This document shows positions 40,029-54,200 of a DNA stretch of 64,000 nucleotides, in pieces. Numbering within the stretch: the stretch's first letter is position 1; each line of letters starts with the position of its first letter. Source of the stretch: Choristocarpus tenellus KU-1152 (lineage: Eukaryota > Protista > Phaeophyceae); contig CAXNAD020000004.1 of NCBI GenBank assembly GCA_964200185.2, positions 1 to 64,000 of the forward strand. The letters are read 5' to 3'. Both the position numbers and the translations under genes were made by a program. The notes beneath the pieces were generated by a model that saw only the letters and a program-made list of their open reading frames with translations, did no database searches and was not told the DNA's origin.

Positions 40029-42088
40029 CTAATCCACTTCTACTCCAGTTTCCTGCAGCAGTGATGAACCCCCTCCTGTTTGCTGTTGCTCCTTTTGCGC
40101 TTGTAACTTTCCAAGAAGATGCTGTATGGTGTGCCTCATAATTGGTTGTCCACCCCGAGTCCGCTTGGATAATAGTGAATGTTGTCTGCGCCTGGTCTTT
40201 TGTCTTTGGTCCTTCTCTTTCTTCTGCTGTTCCTTCTCTTGCTGTTTCTTTTCCACCTCTTGTCTGCGCTTGTCTGCCTTGGCCTTCAAATACACAAGAG
40301 TCAGACAAACCATAGCACCACAAAACACAAACAGCGCTTAACAATACACCCTGTACAAACAGTAGGGGTGTGCCTGTACTGATAAAAAAGAGTGTAGCAG
40401 TGGTACATTACAAACATAATCAAACAAATAGTCATCAGCAGTAGATATGCATTGACGTTATACCAGCGATAAAAACAGTGTGAAGGATTAACTGACTGTA
40501 GTGTCCAACCGTGAGAGAAACTGATGGCATACAAAATGTTTACCTTCTACAATACCATACCATCACCAATAAACCTCAGACGGTCAAACTGACCCACTAA
40601 CCCTTCTACATCTATTATATTCAGTAGAACTCGCTGATCTCTCCGGAATCGGCGAATCACTGCATTCCAGAGTCCATTTCTATCAGAGTTGTGTGAGAAA
40701 ACTGTTGGGCAATGATCAGGAAGGTAGACTGTCGCCATTGCAATAGTGGAAAGAATACAAACGAGAACATCACCAAGGGAAATTGCGACTCTCACTCTCA
40801 CAGAACGTAGCAAAACCACCGTAGACTTACGTCTGCGTTCACTGAGCTATACAACACAGTACTGTCTTGCCTAACTCATTAAAAACTCCTGAGCCTGCAA
40901 AAAAAGAAACAGTCCGGAGTCTTCACCAACAATGAGGGTAGAATGCGTAACCCAATACTCAGTAGCGTTGATGGATCGAGGATAACAACATTACCCCCAT
41001 ACAACACGGGCCAAATTGCCACCCGTAAAACTTCTCCGTAAACAGCATGCACTCACCTTTGCCAATCGGAAAGGATCCGGCTTTGTCCGTTTTTTCACTT
41101 CACCCCCACCCCATTTGCCATTCATTTTCGCTCTTCCCTTGCTATTGTCCCCCCTCTCATCACTTTCCCCCATCACAGGCGTTCCGATGACATCCTCGCG
41201 CTTACGCTTCCTCTTTATGGGTGCCCCACATGACTGTTTGGCTTCATGTCCCCCATCCGTCCCTGTTTCGCCATACGCGCCAGAACCAACCGCCTCCACA
41301 GGTGCACCAGGCCCACCCACGGTATCATTAACGTCTTGAGAAAGACCTTCCCTCTTCAGGAGTTTGGCATATTTTCGCTTCAACTGTGCTTTCTCGAAAA
41401 GTTTCCGCTTATTCGCTACATGAAAGCAATTGACAACGGGGTATCAGGTCTCAAGTTTGATGCTGTACGTAGAAATTTGAAGAGTGCTTGGGTTGCTGAT
41501 ACATTTGGTTGCATTGTGCGGAAGGAGTGGGAAAGGTAGGGGGTACAAGGAAATTCATCCCCCCTAAGAGATAAGGACAGCCAACAACCGATCAGATCTG
41601 GCGAATTTCTGGGATCAAGTTTCTCAGTTTCCTACAATTTCACTCCTCTTACCCTACGCCGCCCTTCTACTACAGAGATTCCGTTAGGAAACGAACCATA
41701 GCATCACCGGTGGGCAGAACCCACTCTCATAGACACTAGAATATATAGCCTGTTTCGTTGCCTCCACCAAAACTCGGACAACCAACCACTCACAAGATAT
41801 ATCCTGCCAAATTAAGACGATCGCTACCTGCTCTCAGTTCAAGTGACGGGCGAGACTTAAGTACGTAAAGCAATTTGTACTTGTCAACCAAGTATACTTC
41901 TTGATTCCAAGTTTAAAGGTAAGTTGACAAAAACGAAACCTGTTATATTGGAATGGTAGTTGGATGGCAAGGACGAGATGTTGGCAAATACCTTGTTTCT
42001 TCTTTATGAGGCCGTTTGCTGCCCCATTCTTCCCGCTCGCAAACCTTTCTAAAGATAGACCGACTGGGATATTCTTTCTATGTCCCAT
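40029..42088 (-). CDS. FYV7/TAP26 (CCDC59)-like rRNA-processing protein, 3 exons
   Basis: Exons 42088-41992, 41415-41057, 40283-40029, in phase. Highly basic protein: MGHRKNIPVGLSLERFASGK..KRKLFEKAQLKRKYAKLLKREG..KPDPFRLAK..coiled coil..LLSKRTRGGQPIMRHTIQHLLGKL. This matches the C-terminal 'TxxGQPxMxxxIxxLLxKI' signature of the family. Confidence 0.8.
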
Positions 42089-42446
42089 CCTTACCCTCAG
42101 CCCTCGTTCTCTTTTGTCAAACCTACTTCCAAGATCAACATACCAAGTTTGAAAGAAACCAAAACAAAAAGCCTCCTCAAGCCACACCACACCGTGTCAA
42201 CTACTTCCTACACAAGAAAATAGGAAGTGAGACCTTACCTAGCCCATGTCATCTAGGTTTGCTTTCCTAGCACAAGTCGTCTAGGTTTGCGATCCTCGAC
42301 TCGTCCCTAAACTGTCTCTGTCCCCGCGTTGTAGATCTACGCCTACACTCCTCTTTTCTTGGCTGTCTCGGCAGCAAGGTCTACTGCTGACTTCACGACT
42401 TCAGTATTGCCAAATTGCCATCCAGGCAAAGCTTTTGGACGGAAAG
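42089..42446. promoter_or_regulatory. Bidirectional promoter / 5'UTR region between the FYV7-like gene and ARFRP1
   Basis: The divergent start codons are only 358 bp apart. The interval contains a duplicated motif GTCRTCTAGGTTTGC at 42248-42262 and 42276-42290. Confidence 0.65.
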
Positions 42447-45400
42447 ATGGTAAGCAGTTGCTGATGAAAACGTTCCTAGAAAGTTTAAGTGATGTCACCT
42501 CCATGCAACGGTCTTGGCGTTATACGCACCTTGTTTGTTCCGTCGTTCCGCTCTAGCGGACTAAAGGTTGCCCAAGTCCCACTAGAAGCAAGAATACTTC
42601 TCCTGATAAGGCTATTATTACTGAAGCCTGGTTGCCCTTGGTCGACTTCCCGATCTTCCTTATCCTTCTCTGTCTTTCTAGTTCTCCCTGCTGGCGGGCT
42701 TGTGGAGATATTTATTCTCCAAGACGGAGATTAACGTGCTTATCCTCGGTTTGGACTACGCGGGCAAGACGGTACATAAATGACATATATGTAACTGTTA
42801 AGGGTAGAGCCACCCTCTTTGTTTCCTCCTGATTTGGTGGTTGCGAGAGGGACGACCACTCTCAGGTGTTGATCAAGAGATAACTTCGGAACAAAGACAA
42901 CTTGTACATGTACCCCACTCACTGAATTATACATGTAGTATTGAGGTATCTCGTCTGGGGGGCAGGGCATTGAACCCGTTCTCGTTTCCAACGAGGCCTC
43001 TTCCAAGGGAGGAAAAAATAGGACTGGAGATATTATCGAATGCCAAACTTTTATCAACTTGCCTACTTCGTTCAAATTTCAACCCCAACCCTGACCCTGA
43101 CCCTGACCCTGTGTACTTGAAGTGGTGGCCGGAGGACAGTAAGGTACTAAAGTGCTAAGAGATAGAGTTTTGAAAATATTGCCCAACAAAACCAAGATTC
43201 AATAAACAGTAGTGCAGGGTTAGCTGGGCCCTTGAAACATTACTACCGTTGTTGTTCTTTCCAATGAGATGTGGTACTTGAATCTGGCTATTCATGGAGT
43301 GTCCATCCACTAAGTGTCGGTTGCCCCAATGTGGTGCTACCTCAGACCCTCCTGGAACAAATGAAGGGCTTGTTTAAGAAAGTACAGGGCATTCCACCAT
43401 CCAAGATACCACCCACTGTGGGACTCAATGGTGAGCATGTACAGCCTTGTTGAGTATATTGAAGGTTGTTCGAGCAGGACACCTGAGTCCCTTTGCATTG
43501 TACTGGCAACACTACCTCACTTGTCTCACCTTATGCTCTCTGTTAACTCTCTTTCTCTCACCCCACACTTTGTCTTTTCCATATGCTTGGCTCAATGCTA
43601 CCTAGTGGGGAAAATGGACTTTGGGGGCTGTAAGCTGACCTTTTGGGACCTGGGAGGACAGGTGTGTTGGAACTGCTTGGACCCTTGCATTTGCAGCAGG
43701 TTGTGCTGCAACTGAGGGAGGGGTAAGACTGATTTGTGTAGCATGTGCCCATAGCCCTGCATTATGCCCTCACACTCAGTATACTTAATACAGGCAATGC
43801 TGAGAAGTATGTTGTGTTGTGTTGTGTTGTGTTGTGTTGGATGTTTCAGGTGCGAGTAAGATCACTGTGGGAGAAGTATTATGCTGATGCAAATGGATTC
43901 ATCTTTGTCATGGATTCTGCAGATGTGGGGAGGTTTGAGGAAGCACGAATGGCCTTTGGTGAGTTTCCTGTCCATGGTTAAATTTTGTTACTGGATTATT
44001 ATTGCATTGCTCTCCTAACGTTTCTGTCTTGTGCCTACCAAGCCAATCGAAAAAGAACCATTACAAAGATGGTATTATTGTTCTTAATCACACTCACTTT
44101 TTGTGAAGTGGATATTAATAGGATGAAATGAGTCGGGTCATTTTGTCGGCAAGCAAGGTTGCAAAATCCATCTATACGATTGCTGTATTTTTCCTGTTTC
44201 TGCTTAAGCTCAGTGAGCCTGATGGACTGCTTGGCAAGATATTTATCTTAAATCTCAACTTGTCACCAGTGATTGTCCAATCAATATATATATATGTAAG
44301 TTGAAGATCCCATTTCTGAATTCCCAAGTGATGTTGTAGAAGTAAATATGGTTTGACACACTTTCAGCGGGCACTAAGTGTGAAGATGTGAACATGACCA
44401 TGACCTCCAGTGACAGTAAGGAACCGTAAAATTCTTTCTTGATGGTACTGCGATACTTCAAAATATATTTTACAGAACTGGAAGGCGTGAATGATTACAT
44501 CTTTTCATTGGATATATTTATTACATCTTTTGTTACACCTCCCATTTCTCCAGACAAGCACGAATACAGATGATAGTCCTCTTTCGCTATGGCATTTCTC
44601 CTTGTGTGCATTTGTGTGATGATGGTGCCATTCAAAGTAAAAATTTTGTTTTTGAAGACTTTTTCAATGAAGTCGAAACTGAAGAAGTGGCCTAATTGGT
44701 TTTGCTCACAGTTTTGTGCTGTTGTAGCACTACCCAGTTCTTGTGCTCTCTTGAGGTGTACAAATGCCTTCTCTTCACTGGTGTGACCTAATGACTGATG
44801 TCATACTATCCTTGGAACAATTGTTCAGTTAACCTATACAACAATCTATCACATAGTTCAAGTCTACAGAACTATTATCTGCGAACCAATAGTCAATAGT
44901 CAATAGTCAATAGTCCTGTGGTAAATGTGTAGTTGGGCCTTAGTTGGATTTGATTATTGTGACTGGCATGATACATACAATCTGTGCTGCATTTTGATCA
45001 TGGGTAGGGTAGGATTTATCACCCTATTGATTTTATCATGTGTATTATTGGTATTAATGCTGTATTAATATGACACTTAGTAACCAAGTAGTTAGTAGTT
45101 ACATGATTCCTTGGGGTGGTATCAACTTGGTGTGAATAGTCTGTAGCTTAATGCAGCATCACCCACCGGGAAAGAAATATCCTACACACAATTAATATAA
45201 CGTACCTGTTCATTATTTCAGGTTCAATGAACAGATGCATTTGCGTAAACATTGGAAAGGTGAGGTTCAATGAAGTGGTTATCCGTGATGGGTATTGTGT
45301 GTTGTATGTGTGTGTTATAAGTGTGTTTTAAGTGGTTTTGTATGTACTCCTGTCATGTGATATGTTAATGTAACAGACACTGTGAGAGAGCAGGGGGAGC

Positions 45401-46219
45401 TCCATGGGGTTCCATTGATGATGTTTGCAAATAAGCAAGACTTGCCAGAGGCAATACCAGCGGGGGATATATCTGTACATTTTGATCTACATAAGATCAC
45501 CAAGGTGGCATTTCGCCTGCAGCCTTGCAGTGGCCTCACATGGTGAGTGTGCCTTTATTGCACATCCTACAGCATGATTGACAACCCACTGAACTTTAAC
45601 TTCAATGTCCTGCTACTGCCAAAAAACAAGACTATCAGTCCATCCCCACTCTTGCATCCACTGTGTAAAATTGTGAATGAGATTTTTTTCTGTGATTCAC
45701 ACCTGTAGTGTGATGCACTTCCTCCTGGTATGTGTATGCTGATTTGGCTGATATGATGCTTGCATCGCATTGATGGCAAAAGAGTGTATTTGGTAGGTAG
45801 CCCCTCTTGAACTCTGTTTTTATATACTGTTATCATACAATTTTTTGGTGCCTTGCCTCTCAGCACATTGATAGCCCCGTCAATGCTAGTTTTTTTTTTT
45901 TTTTGATGTGGTGTTGTACTCGTATCAATACTTTATTCATATTGTAATATTCATATCAATACTATATTCATATCAATACTTTATTTATATTGTAATACAA
46001 TGATGTTAAGTCCATGGAACGTGAGTTGGTTGTATGCTGTGTTCAATATAGGAGGCTATTTTACATGTAACAATAATGATTTTGGTGTTGTTGATTGCTG
46101 TTGCTTTTCAATCTTCCCGTTGTTGTTGATTGCTCCTCCTTGCTAGTGATGGGATCACAGAAGGCATACAGTGGATGGTGGAAGAGGCCAAACGGCGAGC
46201 TCGACGGATGGACAAATAG
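42447..46219 (+). CDS. ARFRP1: ADP-ribosylation factor-related protein 1 (Arf-like GTPase, yeast Arl3p orthologue), 7 coding exons
   Basis: Exons 42447-42449 (ATG only), 42682-42771, 43346-43430, 43606-43661, 43850-43958, 45377-45542, 46147-46219. Motifs: MFSLLAGLWRYLFSK N-terminus with no Gly2 (typical of ARFRP1), GLDYAGKTT, PTVGLN, WDLGGQ, RSLWEKYY, ANKQD, CSGL, EGIQWM. Confidence 0.93.
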
Positions 46220-48282
46220 TGGTTGGAGTATTTACTTGGGAAGCAATAGACAGGGGTAGTGCAGGTCCTTGGTCATGTTCTTTTACTCTGTATTTTATAT
46301 TTTATGAAGTAACAGTGATGATAATTATGTATCTATGTACCTGCTGCTAAGACCTTGTGCACAAAATAATACTAATTACTTTTGAATTGTATGGCTATTC
46401 ATAGTGTACCCTACAATTTACCCCAGATCATCAAAAGAATCAATATTTGTTTTCCCTGAAATGGAGCACACTAAAATGCAATGTGGTTTTAGGTGCCACG
46501 TGAACACCAGTACTAAGAAGAAAAAACACTTTTGACCTTGACTGAGTTCAATATGCCCTTTATGACACTATTGTTTAGTATTTGGTTGGGTGAGGGGAGT
46601 ACTTATTGGCCAGACGAGACCTACTTTATTCAGAGCACAGGTGGTATTGTGGTGTGTACAATGGATTTGATTTAATGGAATAATTCTATTGGTGGACAAC
46701 GCTCACCTTTCAGTTTTGACAATATTCCTGTTATACTTAGTTGTGTGTTTATTGTACATTGAGTGACTATTGCAGCATCACACACGATCCTTTCAGACAT
46801 TTGCACAGGGTGTTGTATTAGTACCTCAAAATCCTGAGAGTCTTACAATGCATTAATTTGTCTGGTGATACATTGCTACTACATTTTGGAAGACATTAGT
46901 TGTAGCTGGTGATTGTGAACATCGTTATCAGGTCATACTAGGTCACCTCAAATTTGCAGAACTTGCTACTTCCCTGAAAGCTCAAGAGAACTGGGGTATT
47001 AGATTCTTCAGTTGTGGAGTAGTTATTGGTCCAGGCCTCGCTTTTGGCAGATGAAGTGACACACTTGATATATATATTAAAAAAAAATTCTATGTACACT
47101 GAGGAAGTCTTTTTTTTTGTACTGCCTACAAACAAATATTTAAAAAATATTGTCTATGAAATTATTCAAAGGTATATTGACAGTTGGGGGAATTTAATCA
47201 TGCTGCAAGCAAACTTAAAGACAAATATTTTCGGAGTGGTAATCATAGCCAATGTATAGAAAACTCAAGTTGCATCTAAAGATTCAATTGTAACTGTCAA
47301 GATGTCGAAGTGGTAAAAAAGCAGACATGCTGCTACAAAATAAGCATCATCTGGTGCTTGATGGTGGTGGATGAAGGAGGCCCACAATATTGTGAAGGGA
47401 CACATGTGCAAATATGTAGCTGGTCTTTTCAAATTATGCAGCTACTGTTGATGGTAAGTCAATGATCATGAGTTAATGGGGCAAGGAATTCTCCTTGGCA
47501 ATTCACCTTCGAAACTGTCTTTTGACATTTAATTCATATGCCCAGTTCCACATCTTCTGAAGTCAGTACCATAGGCGAGAAACAGAGACAAAAAGGTATC
47601 TCACTGGAATGATACTAATTAGAATAGTCTTTACATTAAAACCAATAAAAAAGTGTATGCAGTTTTTGACGTTTTGCTTACAATTTGTATGTATGTGGGC
47701 TAAGGTTCTACTACACATAAATGGATGTAGGGATATGGTCACAGACAGGCACCCCAAAATGTATGTGCACTATTACCTCTTCAAACTAATAATAATAAAA
47801 AGTACCGACTAAATGTTACACTAGGACTAATTGTACTGCCTCTGTTCCTGTTGTACTTTTCTCTTGTTGGGTTCAGCACCCCACCCCTACTGCTTCTCGT
47901 TGATCCATGTCCATCCTCGATCTTTGCCCCGCTTTTTTGTGGTATTAGCAAAGAGGATGTGTTCAATCCGTGGTATTCACCACATTCAGTTGGATATAGT
48001 CGAAACCACATACCAGTGTAAAGAAGTCTGGCGTCGAAGGGGTTTGAACCCACGAAAATATAAACAAGTACCCATGAAAGGACAGTATTGAGTACAAGTC
48101 AGAAAATAATTGAACCTCCTTCCTGTACCTTTACATCACAGGTTCCAATCGTTAGTGGACCTGGTCTGGACGTGTTAGTAAAAATTGGTCCAGTATATGT
48201 ATGGACTAGTCCCTTTCTGCGTTCCTCTCTCATTCCCCTATTCCCTGATCTATGTATTTAACATACTTCGACAATTTCAAAT

Positions 48283-51200
48283 ATGGTTGAAAGTGATGAA
48301 GTCAGAAGGGCTTCGCACTTCCCGGAGGAACACTGGAAGCCTCGTCTACATGTAAAGTTGCGGGTGAGGGTGGTACTACTTGGCTTGGGAGGAGGTGATG
48401 GAAGTGATACTCCCTTCGTCTTACACCCTAAGATGTTGCAAAGGGTACTACGAGAAGTGCTACCGACCTATAAGGTACCCCTTATCGAGCATCGCAAGCA
48501 GGGAAGGAATCCCCTCGACATTGAGTGCGATATCTCTTATATGGTTAAGCATGCCGGGATCGACTCCAACGAAAGATACCTAGACGTCATGGCCCGCGCA
48601 GCTGTTCGTAGCAATGTTGACTATCCAAGTTTGCTTGTATCAATAGAGGGTATTTCCCAAGCAGTCGAAGCAATCGCTGAGAAAGAATCAGGAGTTCTTC
48701 CTCGTGATCAGGAGCAGATATTTGGAGATACCGACGTTACTTTGCTCGTGGCTAATCCAAACCGGGTGGAGTTAAGGAGACGTGTGGAGACCCTGGGCCT
48801 GCTCCTTCCGAACGACGACATACCGGGTGTCGGCGTTGAATACAGCTTTGCTGAACCCCTCGGCTCTCATAGCCGTGAGGGTAGTAGAGGTGGACGCACG
48901 AAAGCAAGCACATGCGCCTGTTCGTGGGTGGGTCAAGGTCGAGTCCTTGTCCTTGACCTCGGGTCTGTGGCATGTAACTTTGGAGCCGTACGGCAAGACA
49001 CCCCCCACAGCATCGTGTCGAAGAGTACCTTTCCCAGTGGAACCTCCAGTTGGGGTGAGGAGCATTGGCTGCTTTCTCGTGCACAAAGTAAATCTATTAG
49101 TTCTAGCCAAGAAGAAAGATGGGAGAAAGGAGGGACTGCTACAGGTGAGCAAACCCTAACCCGAAAGAGGACTGTATGGTTGTCGTAACTTTTTCTCTCC
49201 TTTCCAGCTTCTGTGACCAAAGGTAAGTCTTATTTCCCTGTTGTAAGACTTAGTCCTCACAGGTATCATCCCCACTTCAGCTAGCGTTGCGATGCGAACA
49301 TTGGCTGCTGCTTGTATGATCGAGCTAGACTTCGTGGGTATACATAAATTGGTACGCATGATGTAGACTTTCACAAATGTTTTATTTTGAAATATGTAGT
49401 TTATGGCATCATGTTGCTCCACATGCCCTCGCCCTTACATTCAGTACACGAGTGTAATCCATTGATATATAGTGACTCCATTGTGGTATCAATCGATTTA
49501 TCAATCCATCCATGAAGCCCTTGCCCCTATCCTTCCGATCAAGGCCCGACTATGATTACTATCAAATAGCTCAGGCTGTGCCCTGGACGGTATTGTCTGT
49601 CAGGTGGTGATATAAATGATCTGTCAGAGATTTTGAGGAATGTACAAAATTTAGGAAGCAGTGCCAATTCCGATGGAGCAGCAGTGTTTGTAGCAAAGCT
49701 GTCAAGTGTGCTTGTATCTGCAGTTCGCACTGTGTTGGTACCAGCTGTACCAGCAGTACCTTCCAGTCCAGGGAAGGTAAATGGCCATCCCATTGTCATG
49801 GTGCCAGTGCTACTGTTCAGGAGAAAAGGTGGAGATGGGGGCATGGGGGAGGCTAAAGAGGATGAGAATATCGATAGCAATATCCTTGCAGGGGTGGTGA
49901 ACATGACCCATGTGTCTGCTAGCATAAAGGCTGTGGGGCTGCCTGGCGAAGATGTGTTGACTATTGGCGGGGTGCACTTTCTGGATGAGCACCCTCAGGT
50001 GTAACCCTAACCCTACATTTTCCCAAACATTCGTTTGTAGCTTCACAAGGTATCTCAATGTAACAAGGTATCTCAATGTCTCAATGTGTGCTTTAGTCTG
50101 TGTTTCATGGATCTATGTTACCACCGTAGCCTCATGAAGGTGAAGTGTCCTTTGCACTTGGCTCTAGCTTTTCTTTCGTGTTGTAAGGGTTAGGGTTAGG
50201 GTTAGTAGAGACCATTCATGTACCATAGTAGAGACCCATTCATGTTGCAGTATTGGAGAGATTTCACAGCACCTCAGTTCAAGATATCCCGAGAAGAGGG
50301 CTGTACTTAGTGTGTGCAGCACGCATGAAAATGCCTTTTGAGCTAGACTCTGCTGTGTTTCAATGCTGATTTGGTTGTATTGCTAATAAGACCTTGTTTA
50401 AACTTTTTGTGTAAACTCCAGGTGGCAGTTGCACTTGCAAAATCAGTTAGTACTAGGGCCAGCTACATACGAAGTGAGGCTACGAGAGGATCAGAGCAAG
50501 CCCCGCACTACAAGGTACACCTTTCTATGTCTACAAGTCACTTTTTCTGCACTACTTTAAGCTCTCAACATTGCACCACCCTCCAACTTTCCTTTTTTTT
50601 CTCATGTTCAGGTTTTTATCAAGTAAGTGGGTGTAATTTTTCTCAAAAGAGTGATATATCAAGTAAGAGGGGGGTGTCATGGAGTTTTCAGGGCTACGAC
50701 CACCGCGTAGTAAATGTGCTTTGAGCACTGTGGAAGATGTTTTTAACCAACAATACATTGCATATCATTGCTACTCTTCCCTTCTACATTGTTGTTGTCA
50801 TTGCTACTTCTACAACAATATCTTTCTACATTTCTATAAGGGTGGTTGATTAACTGCATTCTAGGCATGGACATGGACATGGGCATGGGCATGGTGTATG
50901 TTGCAGAAGATTCAAAGATTTGAAAAAACTCAAAATGGTCAAAATCAACGACCCTCTCGGATGGTTTCAGTCCAAGGTGCATGTAACTTGAAGCAGTGTG
51001 AAAAAGAAAGGGCGGGGTGCTCCAGACATGGCCTGTTGGAGATACCTGTTGAATGTCTGGCAATTCAATTTGTTTTGGTAGGCACTGGTAATGCTGAATG
51101 ATGATAAAAGTCTCAAGTGCTGTTCATAAAAATAAAAAAAATGTTTTGCAGAACGATTAGACCTTGCATGCATTTTTTTTATGAATAGCACAACAGAGGA

Positions 51201-54200
51201 CATCTTATGGTTGTACTACTCTACTAATGCACTAATGTACAGCTATTGACACAAACATTGTTACATGTGCTGTAGCCACTATTTGTCGTAGTGTATTATT
51301 TCACCTTGGAAGGCAGTGCACGTTTGATACAATCACACCGCCTGGTGCGATCTTTGCTCTAGTGCTCTTTGCTGAGCTTCTTTTTTTTTGTAACAGGTAC
51401 GAGAGGAGGGTTATGTTGACAGCACAAACCTATTCATGGAGATCAAATCTGCTGGGGACACCCTGACCTCTGCATTGCTTTCTGACGCAGGAGTAGATGC
51501 TCTTGTAACACTAGACTTAGCCCTTGAGGCAGGAAAGGCGACAAAGGACATCCTTGGTACCACTGATGGTACCATTGACAAGGATAAGAACCAAGTTCTG
51601 GTGCACACTCTGCCAGTTTTTGTATTGAGTGCGACTGAGCATTCCCCACCAACGGACAGGAGAGAGGTTGTTGAGGGAGTTCAAAGTATGGGGAGGCCGG
51701 CGCACCTGTTTGACAATGATCAGGTCTTTGCTGCCCAGGAAGGGGGAGGTGTGGTTTTGGTCTTGCAGGCAGAGACCAGTACGCTGGTGCCGTTCTTTGA
51801 GGAGTCAGGGAATGGTGCCATGGACATGATTGAGATCAACCTTGAAGATGCCACATCTGGGGTGGTGGCAGGTCTTCTTACAGCCCTCCATGGACTTGCC
51901 CCCCCCCATGAGTGGTGGTCACCTGGAAGTGAGAAGATGTCGCTTGACTTTACTTGGTCTCATGGGTACCACCCCTTTGCACCATTTGGGTTTGTGAAGG
52001 GATTGCCTGGAGCACTCTTCGTGGATATTGCACACAGGAATGCTGTTGCTTCAAGTTTGGCAGTTGCAGCTTCCTCTTTGTCAAAGGCTATCGACACCCT
52101 TGACAACTTTGGTAGGTCTGCTATCCCTGGTGAGCTCCTCCTGGGGGAACAGCGTGCATCCCTATCAACAGGGGGGGGTTCAGCTAGGGCTGGATGGGGT
52201 AGTGCACTTTCAACTGCAGCAGAGGACTCAGGCATTCCTGTATCGCATGTGTATCATGTTTTGAGTGTGCAGCACTTGGTGTCTGCAACAGTTGAGAGAC
52301 TAGAAGGGGAGGCGGAGGTGCTACCAGGCAAGAGAGTGTCTGAGGCTGTAAATGTGGTTAAAGGACTGGAGAGGAGGGCGCAAGATGTGCTGCGACAGGT
52401 GAGGGATGAAGGATGAGGAATGAAGGAGCAGTTATTATCTTGTATGTTGCTTTTGGTGGTGAGGGGCTCTAATTTATTTTTCAGTGTTAATTCAGTGTCC
52501 TAGTACAGATAGTATTAGTAGTCCTTGCCAATAAATACTATTGCTGCTACTTTTTCCTTGCCATGTAGTATTATTAGTCATATTATTATTAATTTGCCAG
52601 TTGTGAGCATGAACTGCTCCTATCGCTTACCAGTTTATGGAGGAACCGCTGAGTTCAAAGTACAGTACTGATGTTGTACTAGTACTAGTACTACTAATGC
52701 ACACAAAATGCCAAAATGAGTGTAGATGGAACAATACACGTCCTCAAGACTTTAGTCATAAAGAATCATTCCTAGCAGGTGTTATAGTTGACAGGTGTTC
52801 GCCTTGGCCTAGAGTAATCCTAGCTCCAACCCTCTTTATGCAAGTTGGCACTGTCTATTTTTTTTAATGTTATATGTATAGAGGTTACACCATCTTCTTC
52901 TTCAGTCTGAGGACTAACCATCAATGGAGTATTCTTACTTTAATTCTTTACCAGTGACACATTTGGCACCGAGAGGCTCTATCTCAACTGTCTCTGTAAT
53001 GTGGACATCCTACCAAGGGTTGTGCTAAGAGTTGGAGGCTGTACCAGTTGATGAAGAAGTTCAAGATGGGTGTATCAATTAGTGTTACACATCCTCAGTA
53101 CCAATTAATGTTACACAATGTGTAGAAGTTTTATGCATATCATGTCATTGTAAAAGAGTGATCAACCGATATATATATCAAATATATATAATATATTAGA
53201 ATTAATATTTAAAAAAATTGAGCCAACACTGTACATCGAGAGGGGTGACTGCTAAATGTGCAAGTCCTGCCCGGAAGAGGATCACACAATGTGTAGAACC
53301 CATTGTCACCTGCTTTAACAAGTGGTCGTATCCACACCTATGACTTGACTGGTTATTTGAATTTTGTGACATGGGGAGACTAAGCCATATCAATCGATTT
53401 CCTCCATATCCTCATTCTTGTTATATATATACCTATGTGCCATATTCACACCTATATCCACACCTATGTATGGTGGATGAGAAAGGAAAGCACATGATTC
53501 TTAGATAATGATAATATGGAAGTTCCTTAAAAGTAATATTATTAGTAATGTTATTTAATACAATGTTACACTGTGTAATAGTGCTTTGCCCTCCCTGACT
53601 ATATGAATCATGTGCAGATACTAGTTGGTACAACTCTGAATGATGCTGTTGCTGTTGGCACCAGAACACATGCTATCAAGAGTCAAACAAGGCTCGTTAT
53701 CAAATATCTTATCAAACATCTTTCGTCGCATGTAGCGACTTGTAGCACTTTTGTTACATGTTACCATTGATTCCAATCCAACTCCACTTTATGACCCGCC
53801 GTGACATGTGATAGCAGACCCTAGCCCTAACCCTCACCTGTTAGATCAGGGTCACTCCCAGGTGCAGAATTGGTATTAACAGTACTTTAAGTATCCAAGT
53901 ACCATCTATGAAATCAAATTACTGTGAGTGGTATATGACCCTAACCCTAACCTAAGTGGAAGTGTATTACACTAATGCATAGTTTCAACACCCCCCATTT
54001 GGTCCACCTCCAGCTCTCTCCAGAATTGTTCGAGTTTTTTCTCAAAATACTTCCTCTACTACGTTGTCCTATTTTATTTTTTTATGATATCAATTACCTT
54101 GATAATTGCATTGGTGCTGTTGGTAACCTAAATTACCGTACTATTTATGGTTACAATTATAAAGGTGATGCTGTAGTGGATAGGTTCACCAACATTCACC

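Noticed and set aside
48028-48058. tRNA T-arm/B-box-like GGTTCAAACCC on the minus strand
   Set aside because: No cloverleaf or A-box could be built; at most a SINE remnant.
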